A stretch of 64,000 bases of DNA from an uncultured Gammaproteobacteria bacterium. GTDB lineage: Bacteria; Patescibacteriota; Patescibacteriia; Magasanikbacterales; GWA2-37-8. The stretch is taken from contig CAZQUL010000001.1 in assembly GCA_964596525.1 (NCBI GenBank), positions 1,276,312-1,340,311 of the forward strand, written 5' to 3'. Below, in pieces: positions 54,524-64,000 of this stretch. The first letter of the stretch is position 1. Each line of letters begins with the position of its first letter. Position numbers and translations under genes: made by a program. Under the pieces are notes generated by a model. That model saw nothing but the letters and a program-made list of their open reading frames with translations. It did not search any database and was not told where the DNA came from.

Positions 54524-55342
54524 ATGGGCGGCGAAACGCACGAAGTACCGCGGATTTCGAGCATGGATTGGAACGTCTACCGCGCAGCGGCGCAGAGCCT
54601 TGTCGATCTCTTGCTTGAAGCTGGACTCGAACCCAGTAAATTATGGCCGTTTACGATCGTCAAAGATCCGGGTTTAACCCGAAGAATGGTGGATTTTATC
54701 CACACCCAATCGGACGCCTACCCCCGGATCCGCATCGCCGAAGCGGCCGAGATCATGGGGAATAACTACTTCGGCTTTGCCGATGCCGAGCAGCTCTTTA
54801 ACACACCGATTGGCCAGGAAGTCTGCGACGGCCCGAACGGTCTTGTGCCGTTCTCGCGCTCAACGCTGAGCAGATTTAAAGACACGCATGTCCTTATCTA
54901 CCTTCCGGGCGGCACCGCCAAAGCATTACTTGGCAAAGAGACTCTCAACCTCGGCATCATCCCGATTAATAACGATCTTCGGGAAATGTCGGTAATTTGG
55001 GATGACCACGAAGAAGGACAATGGCACCTCGTTGCTCGCAACCCAGGCCTCGAACATTTAACCTACGGCGAACAGAGGGGGCAGATTCTCGCGCCATGCA
55101 CTGTCGCTTCGGCACGCACTTCACTATGCACTTTTGCAGCGCTATGGACAGGCAACGAAAGCGAGCGTCGCAAGCTTTATATGTGGCGCTGCCAAGCCAG
55201 TCACTCAAGAACCGGCCAGAATCTATTGGTCTACCTTGAGAATAACAATAGTTGTACCCACCTGCACATGCTTGTAGATACCCTTCGGAATTGCGACAAA
55301 GCACGAGTGCCCATCCATACCGAAATTACGCCGGGCATCTAA
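54524..55342 (+). CDS. hypothetical protein
   Basis: 272 aa; soluble; a sigma70-like promoter (TTGACA-17-TATGTT) lies about 70 nt upstream. Confidence 0.4.
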   Translation: MGGETHEVPRISSMDWNVYRAAAQSLVDLLLEAGLEPSKLWPFTIVKDPGLTRRMVDFIHTQSDAYPRIRIAEAAEIMGNNYFGFADAEQLFNTPIGQEVCDGPNGLVPFSRSTLSRFKDTHVLIYLPGGTAKALLGKETLNLGIIPINNDLREMSVIWDDHEEGQWHLVARNPGLEHLTYGEQRGQILAPCTVASARTSLCTFAALWTGNESERRKLYMWRCQASHSRTGQNLLVYLENNNSCTHLHMLVDTLRNCDKARVPIHTEITPGI

Positions 55343-55444
55343 ACCCCGCACCAGCAGCCGATATTTTGCGGCTGCTTTAAAATCTTTCAAACATTGACAA
55401 GCGGATAAACTCCGCGTAGGGTGGCTTTGGTTAAGGAGGTTCGC

Positions 55445-56011
55445 ATGCGCATCTACTTCATTGGCCTTGGCAATACGCGGACGAGCTACCAGCAAACGCT
55501 CCACAACACCGGATTCGCGGTACTCGACGCGCTCGCACGGCAGATCGGGAAAAAGTTCAAAGAAGAACCCCGGCTTAAAGCCGAGGTGGCGTACGGCACG
55601 ATCGGTACTACGCCCGTGACGCTTCTCAAGCCTATGACCGGCATGAACGAATCCGGCGAGGTCATCGACCTTATCAGGCAGGTCTACCCCTCATTCAAGA
55701 CCGAAGAGCTCTTCATTATCTACGATGATCTGACGCTCGCTCCGGGCACGATCCGCTTCCGCGAAGGGGGCGATGCAGGTGGTCACAAAGGCATGATGTC
55801 GATCGTCCAGCATGCCAAAACCAACCGGATCCGGCGCTGCAAGCTCGGCGTCGGACCCGACCCGGGCGGCACAGCGCGTTATGGCTACGTTACGACGCGC
55901 GTGACCGACGAACGCTGGCAGGAAATCCTCACCATGGCCGACAATGCCGCAAAAGAGATCGTGGATCTCGTCAACCGCGGTGGTTGCGAGAAGCCGCCGG
56001 CCGCGGCCTAG
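55445..56011 (+). CDS. pth: peptidyl-tRNA hydrolase
   Basis: Start MRIYFIGLGNTRTSYQQTLHNTGF with AGGAGG RBS; the catalytic His (HNTGF) context is conserved. Confidence 0.85.
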   Translation: MRIYFIGLGNTRTSYQQTLHNTGFAVLDALARQIGKKFKEEPRLKAEVAYGTIGTTPVTLLKPMTGMNESGEVIDLIRQVYPSFKTEELFIIYDDLTLAPGTIRFREGGDAGGHKGMMSIVQHAKTNRIRRCKLGVGPDPGGTARYGYVTTRVTDERWQEILTMADNAAKEIVDLVNRGGCEKPPAAA

Positions 56012-56085
56012 CACACATCTTTTTTCCAAACCAAAACCGCCCGGCATACGCCCGGCGGTTTTACATTTTTGATGATGACCACGCT

Positions 56086-56859
56086 CTAGCGCTGCAAACC
56101 AATATTAAAGAAGTTTTCACCAAGTACCGCACCCTGCTGGTTCGGATCAAGAGCGCGTACGCGCAGACCATAGATGCCGTCCGCCGTGTACGAAGGGGAC
56201 GTGAAATTGAGCGTGCTATTAAAGAGTGCGTTTTCTCCGGCATTGAGCTGTGAATTAAGCGTTGAGGAGGACACGATAACACCATTCGGATTGAACACAT
56301 CGCTCTGGATAATTACCGGACGGGCAGCACCATTATTGACGTACGAAAAACTGAGTGGCAACGGGTTTTGCACCGCCACCCGGCTCCCCGCGGTCGGCAG
56401 GTTCGAAAAAACGATCGGACCCGCGCTCATCATGGGCGAGAATGTAAGTGGATTGGTTACGCTGCCCAACGGATATGCCGACGAAGGCGCAAAGGCCATG
56501 GATGGAGTGATGTAAACGCCGTTTTGGAAGTAGGCGCTCAGATCCGACGTCAAACCAGGAGCACGGTGGAGTGTGTCAATGTAGCTAGGCGCGGTATTGC
56601 CCGGGAGATTCGTAGTCACTGTCCCGCCGGTGGCTGGGGCGGAAGCCGGAGGAAGAGCTGCTGGGAGGGCAGTTGGGGTCGTAGAAGCTGGTGTTTGCGT
56701 ACCCGTACTTTCAAAGTACCACGCCAAACCCGACGTAGGAGAGGTGGGTGTCGAAGTGGACCCGGTAAGTGAAAGCGGGGTTAGGGCGTGGGCCGACGAA
56801 GCGAACAGGAAGGCCCCGACAATAGCAGCGGAACCAACGAGGTAATTTAGGGATTTCAT
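56086..56859 (-). CDS. secreted Thr/Pro/Ser-rich hypothetical protein
   Basis: Start at MKSLNYLVGSAAIVGAFLFASSAHA (signal peptide); a TPS-rich linker then a C-terminal domain. Confidence 0.5.
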   Translation of the reverse strand: MKSLNYLVGSAAIVGAFLFASSAHALTPLSLTGSTSTPTSPTSGLAWYFESTGTQTPASTTPTALPAALPPASAPATGGTVTTNLPGNTAPSYIDTLHRAPGLTSDLSAYFQNGVYITPSMAFAPSSAYPLGSVTNPLTFSPMMSAGPIVFSNLPTAGSRVAVQNPLPLSFSYVNNGAARPVIIQSDVFNPNGVIVSSSTLNSQLNAGENALFNSTLNFTSPSYTADGIYGLRVRALDPNQQGAVLGENFFNIGLQR

Positions 56860-56939
56860 ACGAAACAGCATTAGAAGTTAATCTTATTTTAAGCTTATAC
56901 AGCCATTTTTGAGGCGGCTATACAATCTGTGTATAAGTT

Positions 56940-59618
56940 TTAGGATGTACGAAGGGCAGCAAGCTGACCAACAAGCTTGGCAAGCTTCCCCTCTGCCTCG
57001 CGATATTTAACCCGTTCTGCCTCAACCACGGTTGGCGGCGCATGGTTAATAAATTGATCGTTAGCGAGTTTGTTTTTGAGGGAGAGCACGTACCGTTCCA
57101 CATCAGCAACTTCTTTAGTCAGGCGCGTTTTTTCTTTCTCCACGTCGATTGCAGCCGAGATATCAAGCATAACGTCGACTGCACCCTCTGGAAAGGATAG
57201 AGCGTTTGGCGGTATACCAACATTCTCGCCGATCGTGATGGTTTCAACACCAGTACGCAAGCCCTTGATGAGTGCTTGGCACTCTTCCATAAGCTTCAAA
57301 TCTTCGCCGTGCGCGCGGATAACCACACCGATCTTTTTGGCCGGTTCAATTTTTTGCTCAGCACGCATGGTGCGGATACCGGTAACGATATTCTGGATGC
57401 GTTCGAACTCGCGCCCATGATAGGGCACATGCTCAGACGCTTTCGGCCATGTTTGAACCATAAGGAAGGATTCTTCGCCCCGCCACTCGCGCCAAATCGC
57501 TTCGGTCACAAACGGCATAAAGGGATGCCAAAGTTTGAGTACGGTTTCGAGGATGAAACCGAGGATTTCCTTCTTGCCCCCTTCGATTTTCGCTACTTCC
57601 AAATACCAGTCGGCCACGCTGTCCCAGGTAAATGTGCGCAAAATCTCGCCGGCAGACGATAGCTGGTATTCTTCCAAGAGTCTCGTCACATCACGAACAG
57701 TATCGTTAAGGCGCACAAGGATCCATTCATCAGCTTTTGTTTTAGCGGCGACCGGAGCACCCAGACTCACAACCCCGATCTCACCGGTTCCCAACATAAA
57801 CCGCGCCATGTTCCACAGCTTGTTTGTAAAATTGCGGAACCCGGCGATTTTCTCTTCGGAGAGCTTCATGTCATTACCGGGCGTGTTGCCCAAGAGGAGC
57901 GATAACCGCGTCGCGTCGGTACCATACCTTTCGATCATGTCGAGCGGATTGATGATGTTGCCAAGGCTCTTACTCATCTTTCTCCCTTGCTCGTCGCGCA
58001 CGAGGCCGTGCAGATACACGGTCTTAAAGGGCACGTCGCCGAGCGCATAGGTAGTCATGAGGATCATGCGCGCCACCCAGAAAAAGATGATATCGTAGCC
58101 GGTTTCGAGTACCGAAGTGGGGTGGAATTTGGCAATATCCGGGCTTTGCTTAACCCAATCAACCAAGGACTCAGCGTTAAGTATTCCCTTGTTGAGAAGA
58201 GTGGAAAAACTCCAGAGGCCCGAAGAAAACCAGGTGTCGAGGGTGTCGGAATCTTGCACCCAACCTTCCCCCGTCGGAGCATCAACAGCACACACCATTT
58301 CTTCGTCCCGATACCACACCGGCACCTGGTGCCCAAACCAAATCTGGCGGCTAATGCACCAGTCGCGCAGGTTATCGATCCAGCTGAAATACGTTTTTTC
58401 GAAACGATCCGGGATAATCTTGATTTCGCCGCTCCGCACGACGGATTGCATGAGCTGTTTGAGTGTCACCTCGTCGCCGGCTTTAAAATCTTTGAGCACG
58501 GAACGCTGTAAGGTGAATTTCTTGTTAACTCCGATGAACCACTGTTTTTTGATCTGCGGTTCGATAAGACCGCCGGAGCGTTCGGCCGTAGCTACCTGGT
58601 GAACGTAATCTTCTTCTTTTACCACGAGTCCTTTGGTACGGAGTTTTTCGACGATCTTTTGGCGAGCCGTAGCGATGGGCTCTCCGGCGAATTCGCCAGC
58701 AACAGGGAGAAGTTTTCCCGCTTCATCGATGATCTGCTCTTTGTCGAGTCCGTGGCGCTCGGCGATTTCAAAATCGATGGTGCTGTGCCAGGGCGTGATG
58801 GTCATGGCACCGGTGCCAAATTCTTTATCGATAGCTTCGTCTTTAATGACGGTCGCGGTAATCGGTCCGTTGATCCACTCGAGCGTTATGGTTTGGCCGG
58901 ACTTAAACTCCGCATACCGCTCATCATCCGGATGAACGACAACGTATTTGTCGCCGAATTTGGTTTCCGGACGAGCCGTACCAATAACAAACGGGCCGTA
59001 CTGGAAATAGTAAAATTTTGTTTTTTCTTCTTTGTAGACAATTTCATCGTCCGACACGGTGGTTTGGCCGATCGGGTCCCAATTGACAATGCGATGGCCC
59101 TGGTAAATAAGCCCGTCGTCGTGCATCTGTTTGAATACCAAACGCACCGCTCGGTTGCGCACCTCATCGAGCGTATAAGCTTCACGGCTCCAGTCGAGCG
59201 ACGCACCCATTTTTTTGCACTGATTGACGATCGTATCGTGGCTTTCTTGGGCAAACGTCTGTACGCGCTTCAAAAATTCGGCTCGGCCAAGATCGTATTT
59301 GGTCTTTTTCTCCTTTTCGGCGATGAGTTTTTCTACTTTAGATTGGGTGGCGATGGCGGCATGGTCGGTTCCCGGCACCCAGAGGGTCCGATCCCCTTTC
59401 ATGCGGTGGTAGCGGACCAGCGTGTCTTCGATAGCAAGCATAGCGGCATGGCCCATATGGAGCGTCCCGGTGACGTTCGGAGGCGGAAGGACGATAGAAA
59501 AAGCTTCTGATGCAGCGGAAAATGACGTCTCGGGAGAAAAAAGGCTGTTTTCGACCCAACGTTTATACAGGTTGTTTTCATGACTAGCAGGATCGTAAGC
59601 TTTAGGTAATTCGTTCAT
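56940..59618 (-). CDS. valS: valyl-tRNA synthetase
   Basis: 892 aa; PPPNVTGTLHMGHA (HIGH), KMSKSLGN, C-terminal coiled coil. Confidence 0.95.
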   Translation of the reverse strand: MNELPKAYDPASHENNLYKRWVENSLFSPETSFSAASEAFSIVLPPPNVTGTLHMGHAAMLAIEDTLVRYHRMKGDRTLWVPGTDHAAIATQSKVEKLIAEKEKKTKYDLGRAEFLKRVQTFAQESHDTIVNQCKKMGASLDWSREAYTLDEVRNRAVRLVFKQMHDDGLIYQGHRIVNWDPIGQTTVSDDEIVYKEEKTKFYYFQYGPFVIGTARPETKFGDKYVVVHPDDERYAEFKSGQTITLEWINGPITATVIKDEAIDKEFGTGAMTITPWHSTIDFEIAERHGLDKEQIIDEAGKLLPVAGEFAGEPIATARQKIVEKLRTKGLVVKEEDYVHQVATAERSGGLIEPQIKKQWFIGVNKKFTLQRSVLKDFKAGDEVTLKQLMQSVVRSGEIKIIPDRFEKTYFSWIDNLRDWCISRQIWFGHQVPVWYRDEEMVCAVDAPTGEGWVQDSDTLDTWFSSGLWSFSTLLNKGILNAESLVDWVKQSPDIAKFHPTSVLETGYDIIFFWVARMILMTTYALGDVPFKTVYLHGLVRDEQGRKMSKSLGNIINPLDMIERYGTDATRLSLLLGNTPGNDMKLSEEKIAGFRNFTNKLWNMARFMLGTGEIGVVSLGAPVAAKTKADEWILVRLNDTVRDVTRLLEEYQLSSAGEILRTFTWDSVADWYLEVAKIEGGKKEILGFILETVLKLWHPFMPFVTEAIWREWRGEESFLMVQTWPKASEHVPYHGREFERIQNIVTGIRTMRAEQKIEPAKKIGVVIRAHGEDLKLMEECQALIKGLRTGVETITIGENVGIPPNALSFPEGAVDVMLDISAAIDVEKEKTRLTKEVADVERYVLSLKNKLANDQFINHAPPTVVEAERVKYREAEGKLAKLVGQLAALRTS

Positions 59619-59659
59619 AGATACGATAAAAACAGGGTTACTATAGCACAGCCCGCTAC

Positions 59660-59693
59660 AAAAGCACTACCCCGGGTTGGCGGAGTAGTGCTT
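59660..59693 (-). terminator. terminator hairpin downstream of the giant surface-protein gene
   Basis: AAGCACTAC-cccgggttggcgg-aGTAGTGCTT. Confidence 0.45.
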
Positions 59694-59700
59694 ATGAGAT

Positions 59701-62700
59701 TTAGAGCCCGAGTGGAATGCGTTCTGCAGGCGGTGGAGTGGTTTCGACCGGAGGCGGATCTTGGGTGGGAGGAGTTGAAGGTGGCGCAGATTCTTGCGGC
59801 GGGGTTGGTTCACTCTCGGAAGATGAGGGTGTGGCAGGCTCAGTTTCTGACCCTGCAGGAGAAGGCTCTTCTCCTACCGCCGGAGCCGGCTCCGAAGAAG
59901 GGGTGGAAGAAACAGTCGTTTCCGGCGTTGAAGACGGCGTGTCAGCGCCACTAATGGTCGTAGTTGGCACCTCTACCGAAGGAGTCGTAGAAGGCGCAGT
60001 GGTTTCGTCGATGGTCGGCGTAGAGGTAGCGGCTTCTTCGGTCGTGGTCGTCGGGACAGTAGACGTTGAAACAGGAACAGTGGAAGTGGGCACCGTTAAC
60101 GGAGCAGAATCTGCCGGTTCGGACTCAGGGGTTGCGTCCGGTACGACTACGTCGATGCGAGGAGTTACGACTGGCGCGTCGCTCACCGTCATGCGCGCTC
60201 GTTCCGAGGGTAAGAAGGCATGCCAGTTAAAGATAACGTCACGCGTTGTGGTAGGAGAAGTAAGGGCCAGAACAAAACTGCTTGTTGCCACACTCTTAAG
60301 CTTCCACGGATCTTCAAAGTCGACCGGGGTGGCAACAACAATTGGCGATCGGACATACGGATTTTCGAAGGTTACGCGCACTTCTTGAGATCCAGCCAAG
60401 ATTTTTGCCTCACCCACGCTGTCGACGCCAAATTCGGCATGACCATATACGGTGAGCTTACCACCCACGCGAGCGTTACCTTCCACCACCAAAGAATTAA
60501 GGGTAAGAAGAGAAATCTCGGCGTTCTGAATCATGGAAAGGACGGTTGAAGTGTTGATGTTGACCGATGTGTCACGCGGGGTTGCCTCAAGGAGTTCAAC
60601 GCGCGATCGAACAGCAGTAAGATCGTTCGCTAAACGATCGGTCGAGCTTACGAGCTTAGCGTTGAGCTCTTTTACGCCCTGGAGTAAATAGATGGGGATA
60701 AGATGGTAGTGAATACCCATATATCCACGACCCACATCGGGAGAAACGAGCTCCGGAAGATACTGCTCTGTATCCTGGGCGATCAAACCATACTGTCGGC
60801 TGTTACCCAGGTGGAGATCGGGAAATTCATCCGAGCGGAAGAAATAGGTGCTCGGCGTAAGCTGAACGAGTTTCTCAAGAACATTATTCAAAGGTTCTAG
60901 GTCTTTTTTGAGGCGGATATCGGAAGAACAGCTACCAATAAGACCAGTGCCATCATACCGGCGCAAACAACCATTGGTTCCGGCCGTACCGACGCGGATG
61001 TCACCTGCTACTTGGAGGACATCGTTAATGGTTGTTGTACCTACGCCAAGCAAAGGGCCGATAAAGGAGGGTGCCAGAGAGACAACGGCCAGAGGACCTG
61101 TAGAATTGATGCCGCCATTTCCAACATCAAGGCTTTGCTGGGCCTCTAATCTCCCGCGCACCGCCACATCACTTGAAGCTTGAAGGCCACCGACCTGCGC
61201 GCTTTGGGCGATAAGGCTTGTTACTTCGGTCCCTGTTACATCGATAACCAACATTTTACCCGGGCTTCCTTCAATCGACACATACGCATAGCGACCGTAA
61301 ACCTTGAGATCATATGCCAGATCATCAATATCAATAGAGTGGGCAAGTACGGGGCTCAGGGGAGAAGAAATATCAATGACAAGCAATTTTCCTGTACCGC
61401 GTTGGACAGCGTAGAGGTACCGCCCTGCTACAACGAGCTCACGAACATTAGCCCCGACAGTTGTCGAAGCGAGCACTACCTGACCATTTATCGGATCCTG
61501 CATGTCAGCAATATACAAGCTGTCCGTAGCATGGCCAACATAAAGGTAGCGCCCGCTAACAGCGACACTCGACGGGCCACTACCGACACTAAGATGAGTG
61601 ATGTAGATCGTGTTGGGGTTATTTGGGCTATACAGAGAGTAAATACCCACGGTATTTTCACCCTGATGCGCGATATACATATAATTACCATCGAAGGTAA
61701 GGGCTACAGGACCAACACCGGTAGAGGGACCAGAATATACAACTTTAGTATATTCCGGATCACCTATATCAAGAACTGAAACATAAGTTCCAACATAGTT
61801 AAGCACATAGGCATAACGCCCTCGAATATCAATTGAGACGGGGGAAGCGCCAACCGAAGAAACCGTTTTGACGAGAAAAGGAAGACTCGGATCACGAACA
61901 TTTAGGACAGTTACATCATCTGAGCCTCGATTGACCACAAAAGCATACTCACCAGCCACGGCAACGTCGCTCGGTTGCGTTCCCACCGTTGTTGAAGAAA
62001 TCTGGATAGGATTGCGCGGATTACTAATATTGATGGCAGATAAGGTATTAGAAGCTGCATTTGTGACAAAAAGATTTGCACCGGATTTGGCAAACCCGCG
62101 TGATCCATACCCAAGCGTCGTGCTTGCCACTACCTGCACACCAGAGTTTGGTCCGATCAAATTTTGGATATTTCCTTCTACGGTCAAGCGCGCCGCTGCT
62201 GTTGTGGTACCAATACTAAGAGCGCCACTCGTATTATTCCAAACAAGCGACGAAGTCTGCATGACACTGCCCGTCGGACTACCGAAAACCACCTGCCCAT
62301 CATTAAAATTGCTCAAATCACCTGGGCCGATAGTAGAAGTACTGACCAAACCGTTCGTGCCGCGCAAGAAACCGGTTAAGCCACTCAAGGTCAAGCTCGA
62401 AATAGTCGTCGTTGCCAGTGTAGAGGTTCCGGCAGCTGTCAGGTTGCCACCTACGTACTGACTGCCGGTCGTGGTTGCGTTGGTAGCTACTAAGTTGGTA
62501 GCAAAGAAATTAGTGCTCGTCGCATTGCCCAAAACCGCATTGGTGAGGGTGCCGAGCGTGGCCGCGAAATTAGTAGTGGTAAGATTGCCGCCCGTGGCGT
62601 TAGTGAAGCTGAGCAGGCTGGCAAAAAAATTGGTTGATGTGACATTGGTTGATGTGACATTAGCCAAGGTGTTGAAGGTGGCAGTAAACGTCGTCACGAA

Positions 62701-64000
62701 CGAGTTAGTTGATGTGGCGTTCGTCGAAGTAACGTTCGTTAAGGCGCTGTTAGTACCTGTAAGATTTGTAATAGACGCCGTATTAAGTGAGGCGTTTGTT
62801 CCGGTAGCGTTTACCCAAGTAAGATTCTGAAAATTAGAAGTTCCATCAATCTGAAGGTTATCGAAACTGCCGGTGGCGGCATGGATAATCGTAGCAGTAG
62901 CACTGCCCGTAACCGTAAGGTCGCCACCAATAGTGGCATTTCTCGTTACATCAAGCTGCGCCACAGTCGTCGTAGCCAGGGACGAAGTGCCAGTAAATGT
63001 CGCTGCCCCAGAGAGCGCCAGGTTGGTGCCGGTCGCGTTAGTAAATGTTAAGCTGGCAAGATTCAACGAACCGTTAAAGATGAGATTATCGAAGGTGCCG
63101 GTTGTGGCGTGCAGGTAGGTCGAAGTAGCATTAGTCGCGACTATATTTGTCGCAAAGAAATTAGTGGAGGTAGCATTACCCAAAACCGCATTAGTAAGCG
63201 TACCGAGCGTGGCAGCAAAATTAGTCGTCGTGGCGTTGGTCGAGGTGACATTCGTGAAAAGAGCGTTAACACCCGTCAAATTAGTTGTCGATGCTGAGAC
63301 TATAGAAGCAGTGGTACCGGTGGCGTTGGTAAAAGTAAGATCAGTGAGGTTTAAAGGACCATTCAACGACAAACTGTCAAACGTCGCTGTTGTGGCACGG
63401 AAAATCGTCGCGGTGGCATTCCCGGTGATCTGTACATCATTGGAAAATACAAAACGATTGTTGGTGGCATCCCACTGCAAATAATTGCTACCAGAATTAT
63501 TGAAATAGAAGAAGTTGTCGCCCGCCGTAGTGAAGCGTCCGAACGAGCCAAGGAGGAGTGCGCCTTGCATCGTGGTCGTGTTGACAGTAGTCAGACTTGA
63601 TACGGTAGTCGTCGCCAAACTCGACGTAGCAGTAGCAACGATCGGCCCACTGAAGGTGCTAGATCCGGTAGCGTACCAAGAACCAGTCGTGGTGGCATTG
63701 TTGAGAAGCGTATTTCCTGAAACGGTCAACTCGACGATGGTTGTAGTGGTAAGATTGGTAGCTCCCGTAGCTTTTAACTGATTTAAAGCCGTAACACCAG
63801 TGGAAGTGCCGTTGACCCACGTAATATCGCCAAAAGAACTACCGCTCGTGGCACCCGAAATCTGCTGGCCGTTCCAGTACAGGCTTCCACCCTGGTTATA
63901 CAAACTGAAGCTTGTCGTAGCCGGCGTAGTGGAAGCTAGAGAAATGCCACCGACTACCGAGAGAGCGTTATCAGGCGCGCTGGTGCCAATACCTAGGCGC
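59701..64000 (-). CDS. giant secreted/surface protein (5' end beyond window): Thr/Asn-rich beta-helical repeats, LVIVD-type beta-propeller repeats, S74-type intramolecular-chaperone (tailspike-like) domain, PT-rich tail
   Basis: More than 1430 aa within the window; the frame stays open to the right edge and the track's M at 63903 is TTG. Repeats such as ...TNATSTNFFATN...; LVIVD-like blocks GEYAFVVNRGSDDVTVLNV / GRYAYVLNYVGTYVSVLDI / GRYLYAVQRGTGKLLVIDI; S74-like SSDIRLKKDLEPL...YGLIAQDTEQYLPELV; C-terminal PT/ST-rich low-complexity tract. Confidence 0.7.
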   Translation of the reverse strand, partial: RLGIGTSAPDNALSVVGGISLASTTPATTSFSLYNQGGSLYWNGQQISGATSGSSFGDITWVNGTSTGVTALNQLKATGATNLTTTTIVELTVSGNTLLNNATTTGSWYATGSSTFSGPIVATATSSLATTTVSSLTTVNTTTMQGALLLGSFGRFTTAGDNFFYFNNSGSNYLQWDATNNRFVFSNDVQITGNATATIFRATTATFDSLSLNGPLNLTDLTFTNATGTTASIVSASTTNLTGVNALFTNVTSTNATTTNFAATLGTLTNAVLGNATSTNFFATNIVATNATSTYLHATTGTFDNLIFNGSLNLASLTFTNATGTNLALSGAATFTGTSSLATTTVAQLDVTRNATIGGDLTVTGSATATIIHAATGSFDNLQIDGTSNFQNLTWVNATGTNASLNTASITNLTGTNSALTNVTSTNATSTNSFVTTFTATFNTLANVTSTNVTSTNFFASLLSFTNATGGNLTTTNFAATLGTLTNAVLGNATSTNFFATNLVATNATTTGSQYVGGNLTAAGTSTLATTTISSLTLSGLTGFLRGTNGLVSTSTIGPGDLSNFNDGQVVFGSPTGSVMQTSSLVWNNTSGALSIGTTTAAARLTVEGNIQNLIGPNSGVQVVASTTLGYGSRGFAKSGANLFVTNAASNTLSAINISNPRNPIQISSTTVGTQPSDVAVAGEYAFVVNRGSDDVTVLNVRDPSLPFLVKTVSSVGASPVSIDIRGRYAYVLNYVGTYVSVLDIGDPEYTKVVYSGPSTGVGPVALTFDGNYMYIAHQGENTVGIYSLYSPNNPNTIYITHLSVGSGPSSVAVSGRYLYVGHATDSLYIADMQDPINGQVVLASTTVGANVRELVVAGRYLYAVQRGTGKLLVIDISSPLSPVLAHSIDIDDLAYDLKVYGRYAYVSIEGSPGKMLVIDVTGTEVTSLIAQSAQVGGLQASSDVAVRGRLEAQQSLDVGNGGINSTGPLAVVSLAPSFIGPLLGVGTTTINDVLQVAGDIRVGTAGTNGCLRRYDGTGLIGSCSSDIRLKKDLEPLNNVLEKLVQLTPSTYFFRSDEFPDLHLGNSRQYGLIAQDTEQYLPELVSPDVGRGYMGIHYHLIPIYLLQGVKELNAKLVSSTDRLANDLTAVRSRVELLEATPRDTSVNINTSTVLSMIQNAEISLLTLNSLVVEGNARVGGKLTVYGHAEFGVDSVGEAKILAGSQEVRVTFENPYVRSPIVVATPVDFEDPWKLKSVATSSFVLALTSPTTTRDVIFNWHAFLPSERARMTVSDAPVVTPRIDVVVPDATPESEPADSAPLTVPTSTVPVSTSTVPTTTTEEAATSTPTIDETTAPSTTPSVEVPTTTISGADTPSSTPETTVSSTPSSEPAPAVGEEPSPAGSETEPATPSSSESEPTPPQESAPPSTPPTQDPPPVETTPPPAERIPLGL

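Noticed and set aside
1-64000. Alternative genetic code (UGA recoded, as in some CPR lineages)
   Set aside because: Long ORFs for conserved proteins (valS, argS, dnaB, mreB, ABC exporters) are intact with standard stops and show no in-frame TGA, so the standard code fits.
1-64000. CRISPR array or rRNA genes
   Set aside because: No direct-repeat/spacer periodicity and no rRNA-like conserved stretches seen; the only repeats are the two palindromic elements, the duplicated promoter and the repeated terminator hairpin.

Overview
The window is a compact, about 50% G+C, gene-dense stretch (genes abutting or overlapping) that reads with the standard genetic code; long ORFs carry no in-frame TGA. 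Gene content looks like a small-genome, CPR/Patescibacteria-like (possibly Saccharibacteria-type) bacterium, though that placement is inference. Housekeeping genes recognised directly from the translated sequence: holB (5' part, runs off the left edge), mreB, a minimal TsaB-like protein, rplJ-rplL with a structured leader, a pyrH-like kinase, a heterodimeric ABC exporter, radC, xseA/xseB, rpmB (missed by the ORF track), ndk, yraN, tRNA-Leu(GAG), a DAGK-like lipid kinase, bactofilin, mpl/murC-family ligase, dnaB-ybaB-recR, a MacB/FtsX-type ABC system, argS, tyrS, pth and valS. Between them sit envelope/accessory genes (DUF4012 protein, GT2 and GT4 glycosyltransferases, O-antigen-ligase-like protein, M50 and M20 peptidases, many small membrane/secreted proteins). 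Most unusual observations: (i) a tight five-gene minus-strand operon, Phd/YefM antitoxin - RelE/ParE toxin - unknown protein - ImmA/IrrE metallopeptidase - small two-TM protein, behind overlapping perfect palindromes that look like an operator; (ii) three separate single-gene insertions of strikingly G+C-rich lipoprotein genes, each with a host-like promoter/RBS and its own terminator; (iii) two copies of a roughly 100-bp palindromic element family with conserved termini; (iv) Cys-rich secreted proteins (a Myxococcus-type repeat lipoprotein; an M23 peptidase with a MopE-like motif) and a giant partial surface protein combining LVIVD-type propeller repeats with a phage-tailspike-like S74 intramolecular-chaperone domain; (v) a repeated 19-nt hairpin flanking a cassette of three small membrane-protein genes next to a MacB-type transporter. 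No rRNA or CRISPR array was seen. Coordinates of small motifs may be off by 1 nt.
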